From an uncultured Gemmatimonadales bacterium (GTDB lineage: Bacteria; Gemmatimonadota; Gemmatimonadetes; Gemmatimonadales; GWC2-71-9): 64,000 bases of DNA. Shown piece by piece: positions 39,861-50,300 of the stretch. A model generated the notes under the pieces. The model was not told the origin of the DNA. It was given only the letters and a program-made list of their open reading frames with translations, and did no database searches. Numbering within the stretch: the first letter of the stretch is position 1; the number at the start of each line of letters is the position of its first letter. Location: positions 1 through 64,000 of the forward strand of contig CAWCFX010000001.1 in assembly GCA_963795085.1 (NCBI GenBank). Reading direction: 5' to 3'. Both the position numbers and the translations under genes were made by a program.

Positions 39861-41249
39861 TTATCGCCCTGAACGACCGCGGCCACCGCTCCCGCTCCCC
39901 CGGCCACCCTGGCCGCCCCGACCGCCACGGCCGCCACCGCCGCTTCCACCGGTCCGGTTCCCACCGGGACGGTTTCCGCCCGGTGTCCCCTGCCTGGCGG
40001 CGGCGGTCGCCCGCCGCTCGGCGTTGATCTTCGCCCGGGCCCGGTCCTCCGCCTTCCTGGCCTTGATCGCGGCGATCCGTTCCGCCAGGGGGACCTCGAA
40101 CGTGGCGTCGGGCGCCGCCTTGTAATTGAAGTCCGGCAGCAGCACCTGGGGAAGCCGCTTGCCCACCACCCGCTCGATGCGCCGGAGATCGCCTTCCTCC
40201 GCTGGCGCCATGAAGGTGAAGGCATCCCCCGTCAGCTCGGCCCGCGCCGTCCGGCCCACCCGGTGGATATAGTCCTCGGGGACCGCCGGCACATCGAAGT
40301 TCACCACGTGGCCCAGGGCCTCGATGTCGATGCCGCGGGCCGCGATGTCGGTGGCCACCAGCACCCGGTACTTGCCGCTCTTGAACCCGGCGAGCGCCTC
40401 GGTCCGCTGCGGCTGCGACCGGTTGCCATGAATCCGCTCGGCCTTGATGCCGTGTTTCACCAGGAACTTGGTCAGCCGGTCGGCGCGATGCTTGGTCCGG
40501 GTGAAGACCAGCGCCTCTTCCATGTCGCCCCGCTTGAGCAGGGCCAGGAACAGTTCCGACTTGAGTTCCTGGGGGACCGGGTACACCGCCTGGGTAATGC
40601 CAACCGCGGGCGCCGCCTGGCGCTGCTGGTTGATAGTGACCGGGTTCTTGAGCATTTCCCGGGTGAGGGTCCGGATCTCCGGCGGCATGGTGGCGCTGAA
40701 GAACAGGGTCTGCCGTCGAGCCGGGAGGTGGCGCAGCACCCGGCGGATGTCGGGCAGGAACCCCATGTCCAGCATCCGGTCCGCTTCGTCAAAGACCAGG
40801 AACTCCAGGCCGGCCAGCTTCGCGTAGGGCGCCTTGAAATGATCGAGCAGGCGGCCCGGCGTCGCGATCAACACGTCCACCCCGGTGCGGAAAGCATGTT
40901 CCTGCGGTCCCATCCCGACACCGCCATACACCGCGGCGGCGCTCACCGGGGTGTGCACCGCCAGGTCGTTGAGGTCGGCGAGGATCTGGGCGGCGAGTTC
41001 CCGGGTCGGCGTCAGCACCAGCGCCCGGGTAATTCCCCGCGGCTTGTCGATCAATTGGTGGAGAATCGGCAGCAGAAACGCCGCCGTCTTCCCGCTGCCG
41101 GTCATGGCGCAGGCGAGCACGTCCCGGCCCTCCAGCGCGGGGGGAATCGCGTCGTTCTGGATCGGGGTCGGCTTGGGAAACCCCAGTTCCTTCAGGCCGC
41201 GAAGCAGGCTGGGGTGGAGCTTAAGAGAACTGAACGGCACTGGGAACAT
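39861..41249 (-). CDS. DEAD-box ATP-dependent RNA helicase (RhlE-like) with RGG tail
   Basis: PTPIQ, TGSGKT, PTRELA, TPGRL, DEAD, SAT, ARGID, HRVGRTAR. Confidence 0.96.
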   Translation of the reverse strand: MFPVPFSSLKLHPSLLRGLKELGFPKPTPIQNDAIPPALEGRDVLACAMTGSGKTAAFLLPILHQLIDKPRGITRALVLTPTRELAAQILADLNDLAVHTPVSAAAVYGGVGMGPQEHAFRTGVDVLIATPGRLLDHFKAPYAKLAGLEFLVFDEADRMLDMGFLPDIRRVLRHLPARRQTLFFSATMPPEIRTLTREMLKNPVTINQQRQAAPAVGITQAVYPVPQELKSELFLALLKRGDMEEALVFTRTKHRADRLTKFLVKHGIKAERIHGNRSQPQRTEALAGFKSGKYRVLVATDIAARGIDIEALGHVVNFDVPAVPEDYIHRVGRTARAELTGDAFTFMAPAEEGDLRRIERVVGKRLPQVLLPDFNYKAAPDATFEVPLAERIAAIKARKAEDRARAKINAERRATAAARQGTPGGNRPGGNRTGGSGGGGRGGRGGQGGRGSGSGGRGRSGR

Positions 41250-41293
41250 CCTCTCAGGTAAAGAACAGGTCCAGGCAGCGCGCCCACTGCATC

Positions 41294-41975
41294 AATCACG
41301 AATGCACGAACTACAAACTGCAAAAGCGTGAACTACAAAGTTCCAAAAAATATAAAAAACAAAACGCTCTCGGGGGCTGACCCCGCCTGATCACGAAAAC
41401 ACGAACTACAAACTGCAAGAGCGTGAACTACAAAGTTCCAAAATAGATAAAAAACAAAACGCTCTCGGGGGCTGACCCCGCCTGATCACGAAAGCACGAA
41501 CTACAAACTGCAAAAGCGTGAACTACAAAGTTCCAAAATAGATAAAAAACAAAACGCTCTCGGGGGCTGACCCTGCCTGATCACGAAAGCACGAACTACA
41601 AACTGCAAAAGCGGCAACGACAAAGGACGAAACAGGAAAAACAAAATACTGTCGGGGGCTGACCCTGCAGCGCCGAAACAGAAACGAGCTACGCAGAGGG
41701 TAACAGCCTTGACTGAACAAAGAAAAAGACATTGACAAAAACAGCAACGAAACAGCTACCTGCCCTGATTCCGGTCCTCTTTGATGGTTTCGTCCTTTGT
41801 AGTCCGGTTGTTTGTCTTTCCCGTCGTTCTCTTAAGGCTTCGTCTTTTGTAGTCCGGTTGCTTGTCGTTGATAAAGGCGCCGGGGTCAGGTTTACGCTTC
41901 TTCTTTCGTTGTTCGTGTTTTCGTGATTGCAGGCACAAGCGGCACGGCTCAAACTGCCAATCACGAATGCACGAA
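41294..41975. repeat. 95-bp tandem repeat (3 full copies plus a partial one) within an AT-rich composite element
   Basis: Units start at 41295, 41390, 41485 and 41580. AATCACGAATGCACGAA occurs at both 41294 and 41959. Confidence 0.92.
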
Positions 41976-41983
41976 GGAAATCC

Positions 41984-42277
41984 TCAAGTCCGCTCCCTGG
42001 ATTCCAGCCGCGCGCCGATGAAGTACAGCATGCCTGCGTTCACCGCGTAGGAAGCGAGCAGGACGGGCCATAGCGACGGGGTTCCGGGCTCGATGACGCC
42101 GCCCACGGTGCGGGTCCAGGGCAGGCCGAGGGCGATCAGGGCCGGTCCGGGGAAATCGAAACGGGCGGGGGTGAAGATCGCGTGGTAGGAGACAAACCCC
42201 AGGGCGGCCGAGAGCAGGAGGATGTAACCGGCCGCCGCGCGCCTGCCCCAGCGGGAATGTCCCCAGGACATACTCAA
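41984..42277 (-). CDS. Small hypothetical membrane protein
   Basis: Hydrophobic segments; directly downstream of the TetR gene. Confidence 0.55.
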   Translation of the reverse strand: MSMSWGHSRWGRRAAAGYILLLSAALGFVSYHAIFTPARFDFPGPALIALGLPWTRTVGGVIEPGTPSLWPVLLASYAVNAGMLYFIGARLESRERT

Positions 42278-42283
42278 TCGGAA

Positions 42284-42919
42284 TCAGTGCTCCGTCTTGG
42301 CGGCGATGGCATCCCAGGCGGCCTCCAGGGCCATGCTGACCTGGGGGTGGTCGCCGGTCCATTCCCGGGCGCAGATCCGGATGGCCACGAACTCGACCAG
42401 GGCGAACCAGACCGAGGCCCACAGTTCTGCGGGGCCCGCCCGCACGATCCCGTCCGACTTGCCCATCGCGATCACCTGCTGCAACGCTTCTGACAACTCC
42501 CGGGCGGCTTCCCGGCTCTTGTCGTCCAGGTGGGTATCGTCATGCGGATAGAACAGCATGCGGACGACGGCCGGGTCCCGCTCGGCGGCATCGACAAGGG
42601 CCCGGGCGAAACGGACCAGCCGTTCGGCGGGCCGGAGCGATTTGTCGGCGTCCATGTCCCGGATCTGCCGGGTGGCCCAGCGCTGGGCCCCCCGGTAGAT
42701 CTCGTTGAGCAGGTGCTCCTTGCCGGTGAAGTGGCGGTAAATGGTGCCCTCCGCCACCCCGGCCCGTTCGGCGATCATCGGGGTCGTGGTGCCCCGGAAG
42801 CCCACCGTGGTATAGAGGTCGAGCGCCGCCCGGTGGAGCCGCTGCCGGGTCGCTTCGCCGTCGCGCTTGGCGGGAGAACCGGGAGGGGTGGGCGGGGGGG
42901 GGCTGGGCGGCGCACTCAT
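42284..42919 (-). CDS. TetR/AcrR family transcriptional regulator
   Basis: AALDLYTTVGFRGTT...IAERAGVAEGTIYRHFTGKEHL. Confidence 0.93.
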   Translation of the reverse strand: MSAPPSPPPPTPPGSPAKRDGEATRQRLHRAALDLYTTVGFRGTTTPMIAERAGVAEGTIYRHFTGKEHLLNEIYRGAQRWATRQIRDMDADKSLRPAERLVRFARALVDAAERDPAVVRMLFYPHDDTHLDDKSREAARELSEALQQVIAMGKSDGIVRAGPAELWASVWFALVEFVAIRICAREWTGDHPQVSMALEAAWDAIAAKTEH

Positions 42920-43002
42920 GGAGCCCAATCTAACCGAATGAATCGGGAAGAGCAGGGAAGGCGGTTACTTTGCGGCAGACTGGCCGTTGAAACTGGAGGA
43001 GG

Positions 43003-43521
43003 ATGCAGGTGTTGAATTTCCCCGAGCTCTGGAAGCACGCGCTGACGTACCAGGAGTTTGTCGAAGGGAGCGGTGCGAACCGGGGACTCTGGGAGGGCCT
43101 CTACCGGCTGGCCCGGCTGCCTCCCTGGTCGCTGGCGCCCGATGGGCGGGCCCGGAGGCTGCTCGTGCTGGTCGAAGACTGGTGCGGGGACGCGTCCAAC
43201 ACGGTGCCCGTCCTGGCGCGTTGGGCAGAAGCGATGGCGGAGGCCGAGTTGAAGGTGCTCCCGCGAGACCAATATCCCGAGGTCATGGACCGCTACCTGA
43301 CCAACGGGTCTCGCTCCATTCCCATCGTCATCGTCCTGGACCGTGGCCTGGCCGAGCTGGGGCACTGGGGACCGCGGCCGGCCGAGCTGCAGCAGTGGGT
43401 CATGGCAAACCGGACGGTAATGCCCAAGGCGGAGCTATATCCCGAGGTACGTAAATGGTACGCCCGGGACCGGGGAGAGACGACGCTCAAAGAGGTGTTG
43501 GCAGTCGGCAGTGATCGGTAA
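43003..43521 (+). CDS. Thioredoxin-like protein (monothiol WCGD family)
   Basis: LVEDWCGDA; LTNGSRSIP; WGPRP. Confidence 0.88.
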   Translation: MQVLNFPELWKHALTYQEFVEGSGANRGLWEGLYRLARLPPWSLAPDGRARRLLVLVEDWCGDASNTVPVLARWAEAMAEAELKVLPRDQYPEVMDRYLTNGSRSIPIVIVLDRGLAELGHWGPRPAELQQWVMANRTVMPKAELYPEVRKWYARDRGETTLKEVLAVGSDR

Positions 43522-43561
43522 GCAGGGACACTCAGCACTCAGTACTCAGTACTCCGTAGTT

Positions 43562-44707
43562 CTAGAACAACCACCCTCCGTTCATCGTGAAGTTCCAGCC
43601 CTCGTCGCCCCTGGCGAGGTTGAAGGTAAAGATGGTGGACCGCAGGATCCGCATGGCGATGCCCCCGCCTCCGCCGACCTTCAGGTCGTCCGTGGTCAGC
43701 CGGAAAGCCTCCTGTTCGAACACCCGTCCCGCATCCACGAAGGCGACCGCGCTGATGGCGCCCAGGGTGGCGAGGTCCAGGATATTGTGGCGGATTTCCA
43801 GGTTGCCGAAGAGCACGCCTTCCCCGGTAAACCGGCCTTCATCGTAGGCGCGGTGGGTGTCGTCGCCGCCGAAGATGGTGATGGTGTTCTCCCACATGGG
43901 CAGTTCGAACCGGGCGTGCAGCGGAGGCCCGTCGGTCATGCCGGCTCCGCCGATTCGCGCCCCGATCACGGTTCCTTCACGCGGGGAGACAAATCCGCGA
44001 ATGGCGCCGTGCACCCGCCGGTAGCCGGTACCGCCGCTCCCCGCGGCGACGCCGGCTTCGGCGAAAATGCCCCGCGTCGTATTGAACTCGCTGTCCCGGG
44101 TGTCCAGAATCAGGGTGACCCGGCCGGTGACGTCATCGTCCTTTACCTCGCGGGCAAACTGGGAGCGAAACACCGATGGCCCCGGCAGGTCGCTCATCAG
44201 GCTCCGCTGGTACCCCACCGCCCCGCTGATGTGCAGCGGCCCGGTGATCCGCCGGGTGATCTCGCCGTTGACCAGCATGCGCTTCCGCCGCATCCGGTAA
44301 TAGAAAGGCTGGTTGTCGTTGACGCTGTCGGCATCGAACGTCGAGTTGTTGCCGATGCCGAAGAAGCCGAGCCGCGCTTCCCGCACCAGGGAGGCCGTGG
44401 CCGCCAGCCGCCAGCCGTCCTTGAGAGCCGGCACCCGCAGCAGCGCGGTGGCGAAGTAGCTGCTGTTGAGGCTGGCGCCCAGGTCGAGGCTCAGGTTGCC
44501 GAGGAAGGGGAACGGGGAGAGATAGTCGTCCACCGGCCGGGTCCATTGCAGCTTGACGGCGGCCATGGGAAAATCGTTGGCACCGCTGGTGATGTACGGG
44601 TAGCGGCTGTCCACCCATTCCTGGGCTTGCGCGCGGCCGGCGGTCGCCAGCAGGATCGCCGCCAGCGCCGTCGCCCGAATCCAGCGGTTGGCGGGAATGG
44701 CGCGCAT
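43562..44707 (-). CDS. Omp85/BamA-TamA family outer-membrane barrel without obvious POTRA domains
   Basis: Signal peptide; ILDTRDS; GGDDTHRAY..GRF; NLEIR; FVDAGRV; C-terminal WLF. Confidence 0.85.
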   Translation of the reverse strand: MRAIPANRWIRATALAAILLATAGRAQAQEWVDSRYPYITSGANDFPMAAVKLQWTRPVDDYLSPFPFLGNLSLDLGASLNSSYFATALLRVPALKDGWRLAATASLVREARLGFFGIGNNSTFDADSVNDNQPFYYRMRRKRMLVNGEITRRITGPLHISGAVGYQRSLMSDLPGPSVFRSQFAREVKDDDVTGRVTLILDTRDSEFNTTRGIFAEAGVAAGSGGTGYRRVHGAIRGFVSPREGTVIGARIGGAGMTDGPPLHARFELPMWENTITIFGGDDTHRAYDEGRFTGEGVLFGNLEIRHNILDLATLGAISAVAFVDAGRVFEQEAFRLTTDDLKVGGGGGIAMRILRSTIFTFNLARGDEGWNFTMNGGWLF

Positions 44708-45747
44708 CAGCGGGGTCCCTGGTAGAGGTAGGCGGTGTCCGGGGAGGAGGCCCCGGTGCCGTCGTGCACCGCGTACTTGGACGGGAACATCGAGGCCGCC
44801 CCGTACTCGCCCCGCTTGTTGAGGGCATAGAAGGTCAGCTGGAAGCGGGGCTGCCCCCGTTCGTCGAGGAGCCGGGGCGGGGTCATGGCGACCACCCGCC
44901 GGCAGGTTTCCAGCGCGGCATCCGCCGGTTTCATCCCCCGCCGCATGTTCTCCACGGTCAGGAACCCGCCGCAGACCATGATGTTGGATTCGCCCCGTCC
45001 GGTCGAGCCGGCGGCGCCGATCTCGTTATCGGTGTACTGCCCGGCTCCGATAATCGGAGAATCTCCCACCCGTCCCGGGATTTTCCAGGCCAGGCCGCTG
45101 GTGGTGGTCACGGAGGAAATGTCGCCGGCGGCGTTGATCACGTTCAAGTTGATGGTCCCGGTGGGGCGGCCCACCACCATCGACTCATTCTCCGGGACGT
45201 TGAGATAGTCATCCTCCGCGCCCCGGTTGGCCCGCCACGTCAGCCAGGCCTGCCGGCTCTCCGGGGTCATCAGGTCCTCTTCCTTGAACCCGTAGGACAG
45301 GGCGAACCGCTTCGCCCCCTCGCCAACCAGCATGATGTGGTTAGTGTACTTGAGGACCAGCTTGGCGACCTCGCTCGGGGTCTTGATCCCTTCGAGCGAG
45401 CCCACCGCCCCCGCGCGCCGGGTCGGGCCGTGCATGCACGACGCGTCCAGCTGGACGATGCCCTCTTCGTTGGGGAGGCCGCCGTAGCCGACCGAGGAGT
45501 CGCCGGGATCGAGCTCCTGGATCTTGACGCCTGCCACGGCGGCATCGAGCGTGTCACTGCCCCCCACCACCAGTTCGACCGCCCGGGTCACCGGCGCCAG
45601 GCTGTTATTGGAGGAGATCGCCACCGGGCGGGCTGGCGGCCGCCTGATAACCGCCGGGGCCGCCAGCGCGGAGCCGGGCAGCGCCGCGGCGGCCACGAGC
45701 GCGCCGCTGGACTCGAGAAACCGCCGGCGGGAAACGGGATAGGGCAC
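44707..45747 (-). CDS. Tat-exported Ntn-hydrolase: glycosylasparaginase / isoaspartyl peptidase family
   Basis: SRRRFL Tat motif; VGYGGLP..LDASCM; GTI autocleavage site; TTTSG..KIPGRVGDSPIIGAG; STGRGE. Confidence 0.92.
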   Translation of the reverse strand: MPYPVSRRRFLESSGALVAAAALPGSALAAPAVIRRPPARPVAISSNNSLAPVTRAVELVVGGSDTLDAAVAGVKIQELDPGDSSVGYGGLPNEEGIVQLDASCMHGPTRRAGAVGSLEGIKTPSEVAKLVLKYTNHIMLVGEGAKRFALSYGFKEEDLMTPESRQAWLTWRANRGAEDDYLNVPENESMVVGRPTGTINLNVINAAGDISSVTTTSGLAWKIPGRVGDSPIIGAGQYTDNEIGAAGSTGRGESNIMVCGGFLTVENMRRGMKPADAALETCRRVVAMTPPRLLDERGQPRFQLTFYALNKRGEYGAASMFPSKYAVHDGTGASSPDTAYLYQGPR

Positions 45748-45916
45748 AGACACACTCCATGAGTTCGGGGGCTTGCCCAGCAAAATCGAATGGGATAAAA
45801 GACGACTCTTCCAGCCCTGTCAACTATAGGCGCTGGGGATGGTCGAGGTGGTGGGCCGGATCACAGGGCCGGGCCCGGCGCTCGACTTTGCGCCAGCCCG
45901 GACCCGTGGCTCCGGA

Positions 45917-47317
45917 TCAGTAGCCCGGATTCTGCACGATATTGGGGGCCACGTCGATCTCCGAGAGTGGAATCGGATACAGCGTCTGGAAGGCGGGAAT
46001 GCCCAGTACCGTTTCCGCGACCCCGCGGCGGGTCAGGTCGGACCACCGGTCCCCTTCCATGGCCAGCTCGAGGAACCGCTGCCGGTCGATCTCGGCCAGC
46101 ACGTCGGCCTGGGTGGTTACCTCGACGCCCAGCGTGAGCGGCGCCAGCCCGGCCCGGACCCGGATCTTGTTCACTTCATCCAGGGCCGGCTGCAACTGGC
46201 TCATTCGCGCCAGCGCTTCCGCCTTGATCAGGAGCACCTCGGCAAAGCGGATGGCGTGAATATCTTCCCCTCCGGCGGTGGTGGGATACCGGGTGCCCCA
46301 GGCATCCGGCTCAGTCAGCGGCAGGAAGGAGCCGGTGATCGACCAGGTGAGCCGGGCGTCGGTCGAGGGATCGTAGGGGTCGACAAAGGCGTCGATCAGC
46401 TCCTGGCTGGGAGCCAGCTCACACCCGCCGCCGACGTCGCAGGAAATCCAGTAGTACATGTACTGGTACTGGATGTCGGTAAAGGTAACCTTGAAGATGT
46501 CCTCCGGCGTGTCCTGGCCGTCGGCATCGAACAGGTCGCTGAAACTGGCGGCCAGGTCGTAGCCCCGTGCGATCACCGCGTTCGCGCTGCTGTTCGCGTT
46601 GGCGTAGTCCTCGAGGAACAGATACACCCGGGCCTGCAAGGCATCGACGGCGCCCAGGGTGGCATGGTTCGCCGGCGCGGTGCTGGTCATCAGCGACCCG
46701 GCCTGCTGCAGGTCGCTCAGGATCTGGGCATAGGTCTCCGCCTCGGTGCTCCGGGCAATCTGGGAGGCCTCCTCCACGCTGGCCGCCGGCTCCAGCCGCA
46801 GCGGCACCCCGCCGAACACCTTCACCAGGTTGTGGTAGTGGAGCGCGCGGAGGAAGTACGCCTCGCCCAGGATCTGGTCCCGCTCGGCCGGGTCGAGCCC
46901 GGTGACCGAGGGGACCCGATCGATCAGGACGTTGGCCCGGTGAATCGCGGCATAGATCGACGCCCAGATGTCCTCGATCACCCCGTTGTTCGACAGCAGC
47001 TGGTTGGCATCGGCGTCGGCGTAGCTGTTGGAGGTGCCATCGTCGTCGTGGACCGAGTTGTCGGACGACAGGTCGCCGAAGAGATAGAAGTCACCGCCGT
47101 AGTAGCTGTCCTCCTGCAGCGCTGCATAGGCTCCCGCGAGCGCCGCGCGGGCGCCTTCCGGGGTCGTGATGGCAATATCCTCCGGCAGTTCGTCCACCGG
47201 GTTCTGGTCGAGGAGCGAGTCGCAGCCGGCCAGGGCAACGGCCAGCAGGAGCGCGGTCCCGGTCTTTTTCAGCATGGGGAAGGTCCTCGCCACGGAATGA
47301 AAGAGTTGGCTGGTCAT
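45917..47317 (-). CDS. RagB/SusD family nutrient-binding lipoprotein
   Basis: Lipobox ALAGC; GEAYFLRALHY; FGGVP; IRFAEVLLIKAEA; ELAMEGDRW; PIPLSEI..PN..QNPGY. Confidence 0.95.
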   Translation of the reverse strand: MTSQLFHSVARTFPMLKKTGTALLLAVALAGCDSLLDQNPVDELPEDIAITTPEGARAALAGAYAALQEDSYYGGDFYLFGDLSSDNSVHDDDGTSNSYADADANQLLSNNGVIEDIWASIYAAIHRANVLIDRVPSVTGLDPAERDQILGEAYFLRALHYHNLVKVFGGVPLRLEPAASVEEASQIARSTEAETYAQILSDLQQAGSLMTSTAPANHATLGAVDALQARVYLFLEDYANANSSANAVIARGYDLAASFSDLFDADGQDTPEDIFKVTFTDIQYQYMYYWISCDVGGGCELAPSQELIDAFVDPYDPSTDARLTWSITGSFLPLTEPDAWGTRYPTTAGGEDIHAIRFAEVLLIKAEALARMSQLQPALDEVNKIRVRAGLAPLTLGVEVTTQADVLAEIDRQRFLELAMEGDRWSDLTRRGVAETVLGIPAFQTLYPIPLSEIDVAPNIVQNPGY

Positions 47318-47319
47318 GG

Positions 47320-50300
47320 TTACCACCCCGCCTGGATGCCGAAGATCCACGTCCGGGCCAGCGGATAGGCATAGAAGTCGCTGCCGAGGGAGATGTTGGC
47401 CCCCGATCCGTTGCTGTTGAGGTCCGGGTCATAGCCGGTGTAATCAGAGCTGGTGATCAGGTTCCGGCCGGTGATGTACACCCGGGCCTGTTCGAAGCCG
47501 AGAATGCCGCCGATCCGCAGGGGAACATCGTAGCCCAGCGTGAGGTCCTGCAGCCGCCAGTAGGACGCATCCTCGACAAACCGGCTGGAGACTACCCGGG
47601 CGTTGGAGGTGCCGTCATAGCTGGCCCTGGGCACCTCGGTGACGTCGCCCGGCTGCTGCCAGCGGTCCATCTGGTCGGCGAACTGGTTGTCCTCGTAGTA
47701 GCCACCCGCTCCGCTGAAAATCCGCATGGCGTTGAAGATCTCCCCGCCCTGGCTGAAGGTGACGAAGACGCTGAGGTCGAAGCGGCCGTAGCTCAGGTTG
47801 TTGGTGAGCCCGCCGACATAGTCGGGATGGGGGCTGCCCACGATCTGCCGGTCGTCGGCGGTGATACTGCCGTCGCCGTCGGTGTCCTCGTAGATGGCAT
47901 CGCCGGTCTGGGGATCTACGCCCATGAACCGGAGCGCGTAAAAGGCGCCCAGCGGCTGGCCCACCTCGACCCGGTTGATGCTGCGAATGCCGGCCGTGAA
48001 CGGCTCGTCGTTGAAGAGCTTGGTGACCTCGTTCCGGTTGGCGGCCAGGTTGAGGGAAGTGGCCCACCGGAAGCCGCCGGGCCGCGACCGCTCGATGTTG
48101 ACGGTCTCCAGCTGAACCTCGAAGCCGTTGTTCTCCATGTTGCCCACGTTGTCGGTGATGCTGGAGAACCCGCTGGTGGTGGTAATCGGGCGGGCCAGCA
48201 GCATGTCCCGGGTCAGTTTCCGGTAGTAATCGATGCTGAACCCGATCCGGCCCCGGAACATCTCGGCGTCGAGGCCGACATTGAACTGCCGGGTGGACTC
48301 CCACTTGAGGTCCGGATTGGCCAGGTTGGCCGGGGCCAGGCCGCCCTCGCTGCCATAGTTGGAAGTGAAGAAGGTGCCCTGCCAGGAGTAGTTGCCGATC
48401 TCCTGGTTGCCGGTGAGCCCCAGGCTGGTCCGGATCTTCAGGTGCTCGAAGGTGCTCGAACCGGCCATGAACGATTCTTCGCTCAGGACCCAGCCTGCCG
48501 AGGCCGCGGGGAAGACGCCCCACTTGTTGTTGGCGCCGAACCGGGACGACCCATCGCCCCGGAGGCTGGCGCCCAGCAGGTACTTTCCGCGGAGAGCGTA
48601 ATTGGCCCGTCCGAAAAACGAGATCAGGTTGCTTTCGTTCCGGGACCCGTCGAACGTCACCGGGGTGGTGGCGTTGCGGACCTGGGTAAACCGGTCGTTG
48701 GTAAGTCCTTCCCCGCGGATAAAGTTCAGCTCTCCCCGGTTGAGTTCCAGCGCTCCGCCCCCTGTCACCTGGAAACTCTGTCGCTCGCCCAGGCCCGGGG
48801 TGTACGTGAGGAAGCTCTCCATCACGTACCGGTTCGCGTTGGAGTAGGCGCTCTTGGCGATGCCGTTGGCGCTCTGGGCATAGGTGCCCTCCACCCGGGG
48901 GCTTTCGTACTGGGACTCCCGCAGGTTGAGCAGGTCAACCCCGCCGCGAGCGGTGAACAGCAGCCCGTGCCGCATGTTCCACCGGGCCTCCGCATTACCG
49001 ACAATCCGGAGGGTACGGGCCTGGGCCGTATTGAGGCTGGCCAGCGCCACGCTATTGGGGTACTGGAGCCCGTCGGTGAGACCGCTGAACTCGCCGTCCG
49101 GCCGCCGGACGGCCACCAGCGGCTGGTTCCCCACCACGTTGGTAATAATGCCGGTCGAGCTGCCGTCGTTTTCGATCCGGTCGTTGACCTCTCCGGAAAT
49201 GCCCAGCGACGTGCTCAGCGAAAACCGGTCGATCGACCCGAAATCCAGGTTCGCCCGCCCCGACGCACGCCGGTAGGCCGACCCGATCACGATGCCGTTC
49301 TGGTCGAAATAGCTGCCCGAGAGCCGGTAGCGCATCCGCTCGTCACCGCCGGTCAGGCCCAGCTCGGTGTTGCTGAGCGGCGCCCGCCGCAGCACGGCGT
49401 CCTGCCAGTCGGTGTTGATCTGGTCATCCACGCCCGCCACCCCGAAGTAGTCGGAGCCGTAGCCGTCGTTCTCCGCGGCTTCGTTGAAATACTCGAGATA
49501 CTGCGCCGAGTTCAGCAGGTCGAGCCGCTTGGATACCGCCTGGGTCCCGATGTAGCTGCTGATCGTCGCCCGGGTCCGGCCGGCGACTCCGCGCTTGGTG
49601 GTGATCAGCACCACGCCGTTGGATCCCCGGGAGCCGTAGATCGCCGCGCCCGCCGCGTCCTTGAGGATGTCGATCGAGGCGATGTCGTTGGCACTCAGCC
49701 CGGTTACCCCGGTAATGCTCTGGCCCCCCATGTCGAGCTGGGCCAGCGCCTCGGACGTCATCGGAATGCCGTCCACGACATACAGCGGCTGGTTGCTGGC
49801 CAGCACCGAGGCGGAGCCCCGGATCCGCACCGTCAGGCCGTTGCCCGGGTTGCCGGCGTTCTGCACCACGGTAACGCCGGCCGCGTTCCCCATCAGGCCC
49901 GCGTCGGGACTGGCCGCCGACGGATCGAGTTGCTCGCCCCCGACCGAACTGACCGCGTTGGCGAGATCGGCACGCCGCATGGTGCCGTAGCCGACCACGA
50001 CCAGGTCATCCAGCCGCACGACCCGATGCTGGAGCCGGAAATCCGCGACGGCTTCCTGGGTCGCCGACACAGTGATCTCCCGCTCGGAGGCCAGGTAGCC
50101 CACCATTCGCACTCGCAGCGCCTGGGTCCCGGCCGGGACGCCGGTGAGAGCATAGGTGCCACTGGAGCGGGTAATCGTGCGGATGTCCGTGCCGACGACC
50201 GAAATCTCGGCACCGTCGATGGGCACGCCGCCGGCCGAGTCGGTAATGGTTCCGCGTACCGTACCGGTCTGCGCGAAGGCGGGTTGGGCCAGGACCGGCA

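Noticed and set aside
41295..41665. CRISPR array
   Set aside because: The 95 bp units are near-identical along their whole length, with no unique spacers and no cas genes in the window.
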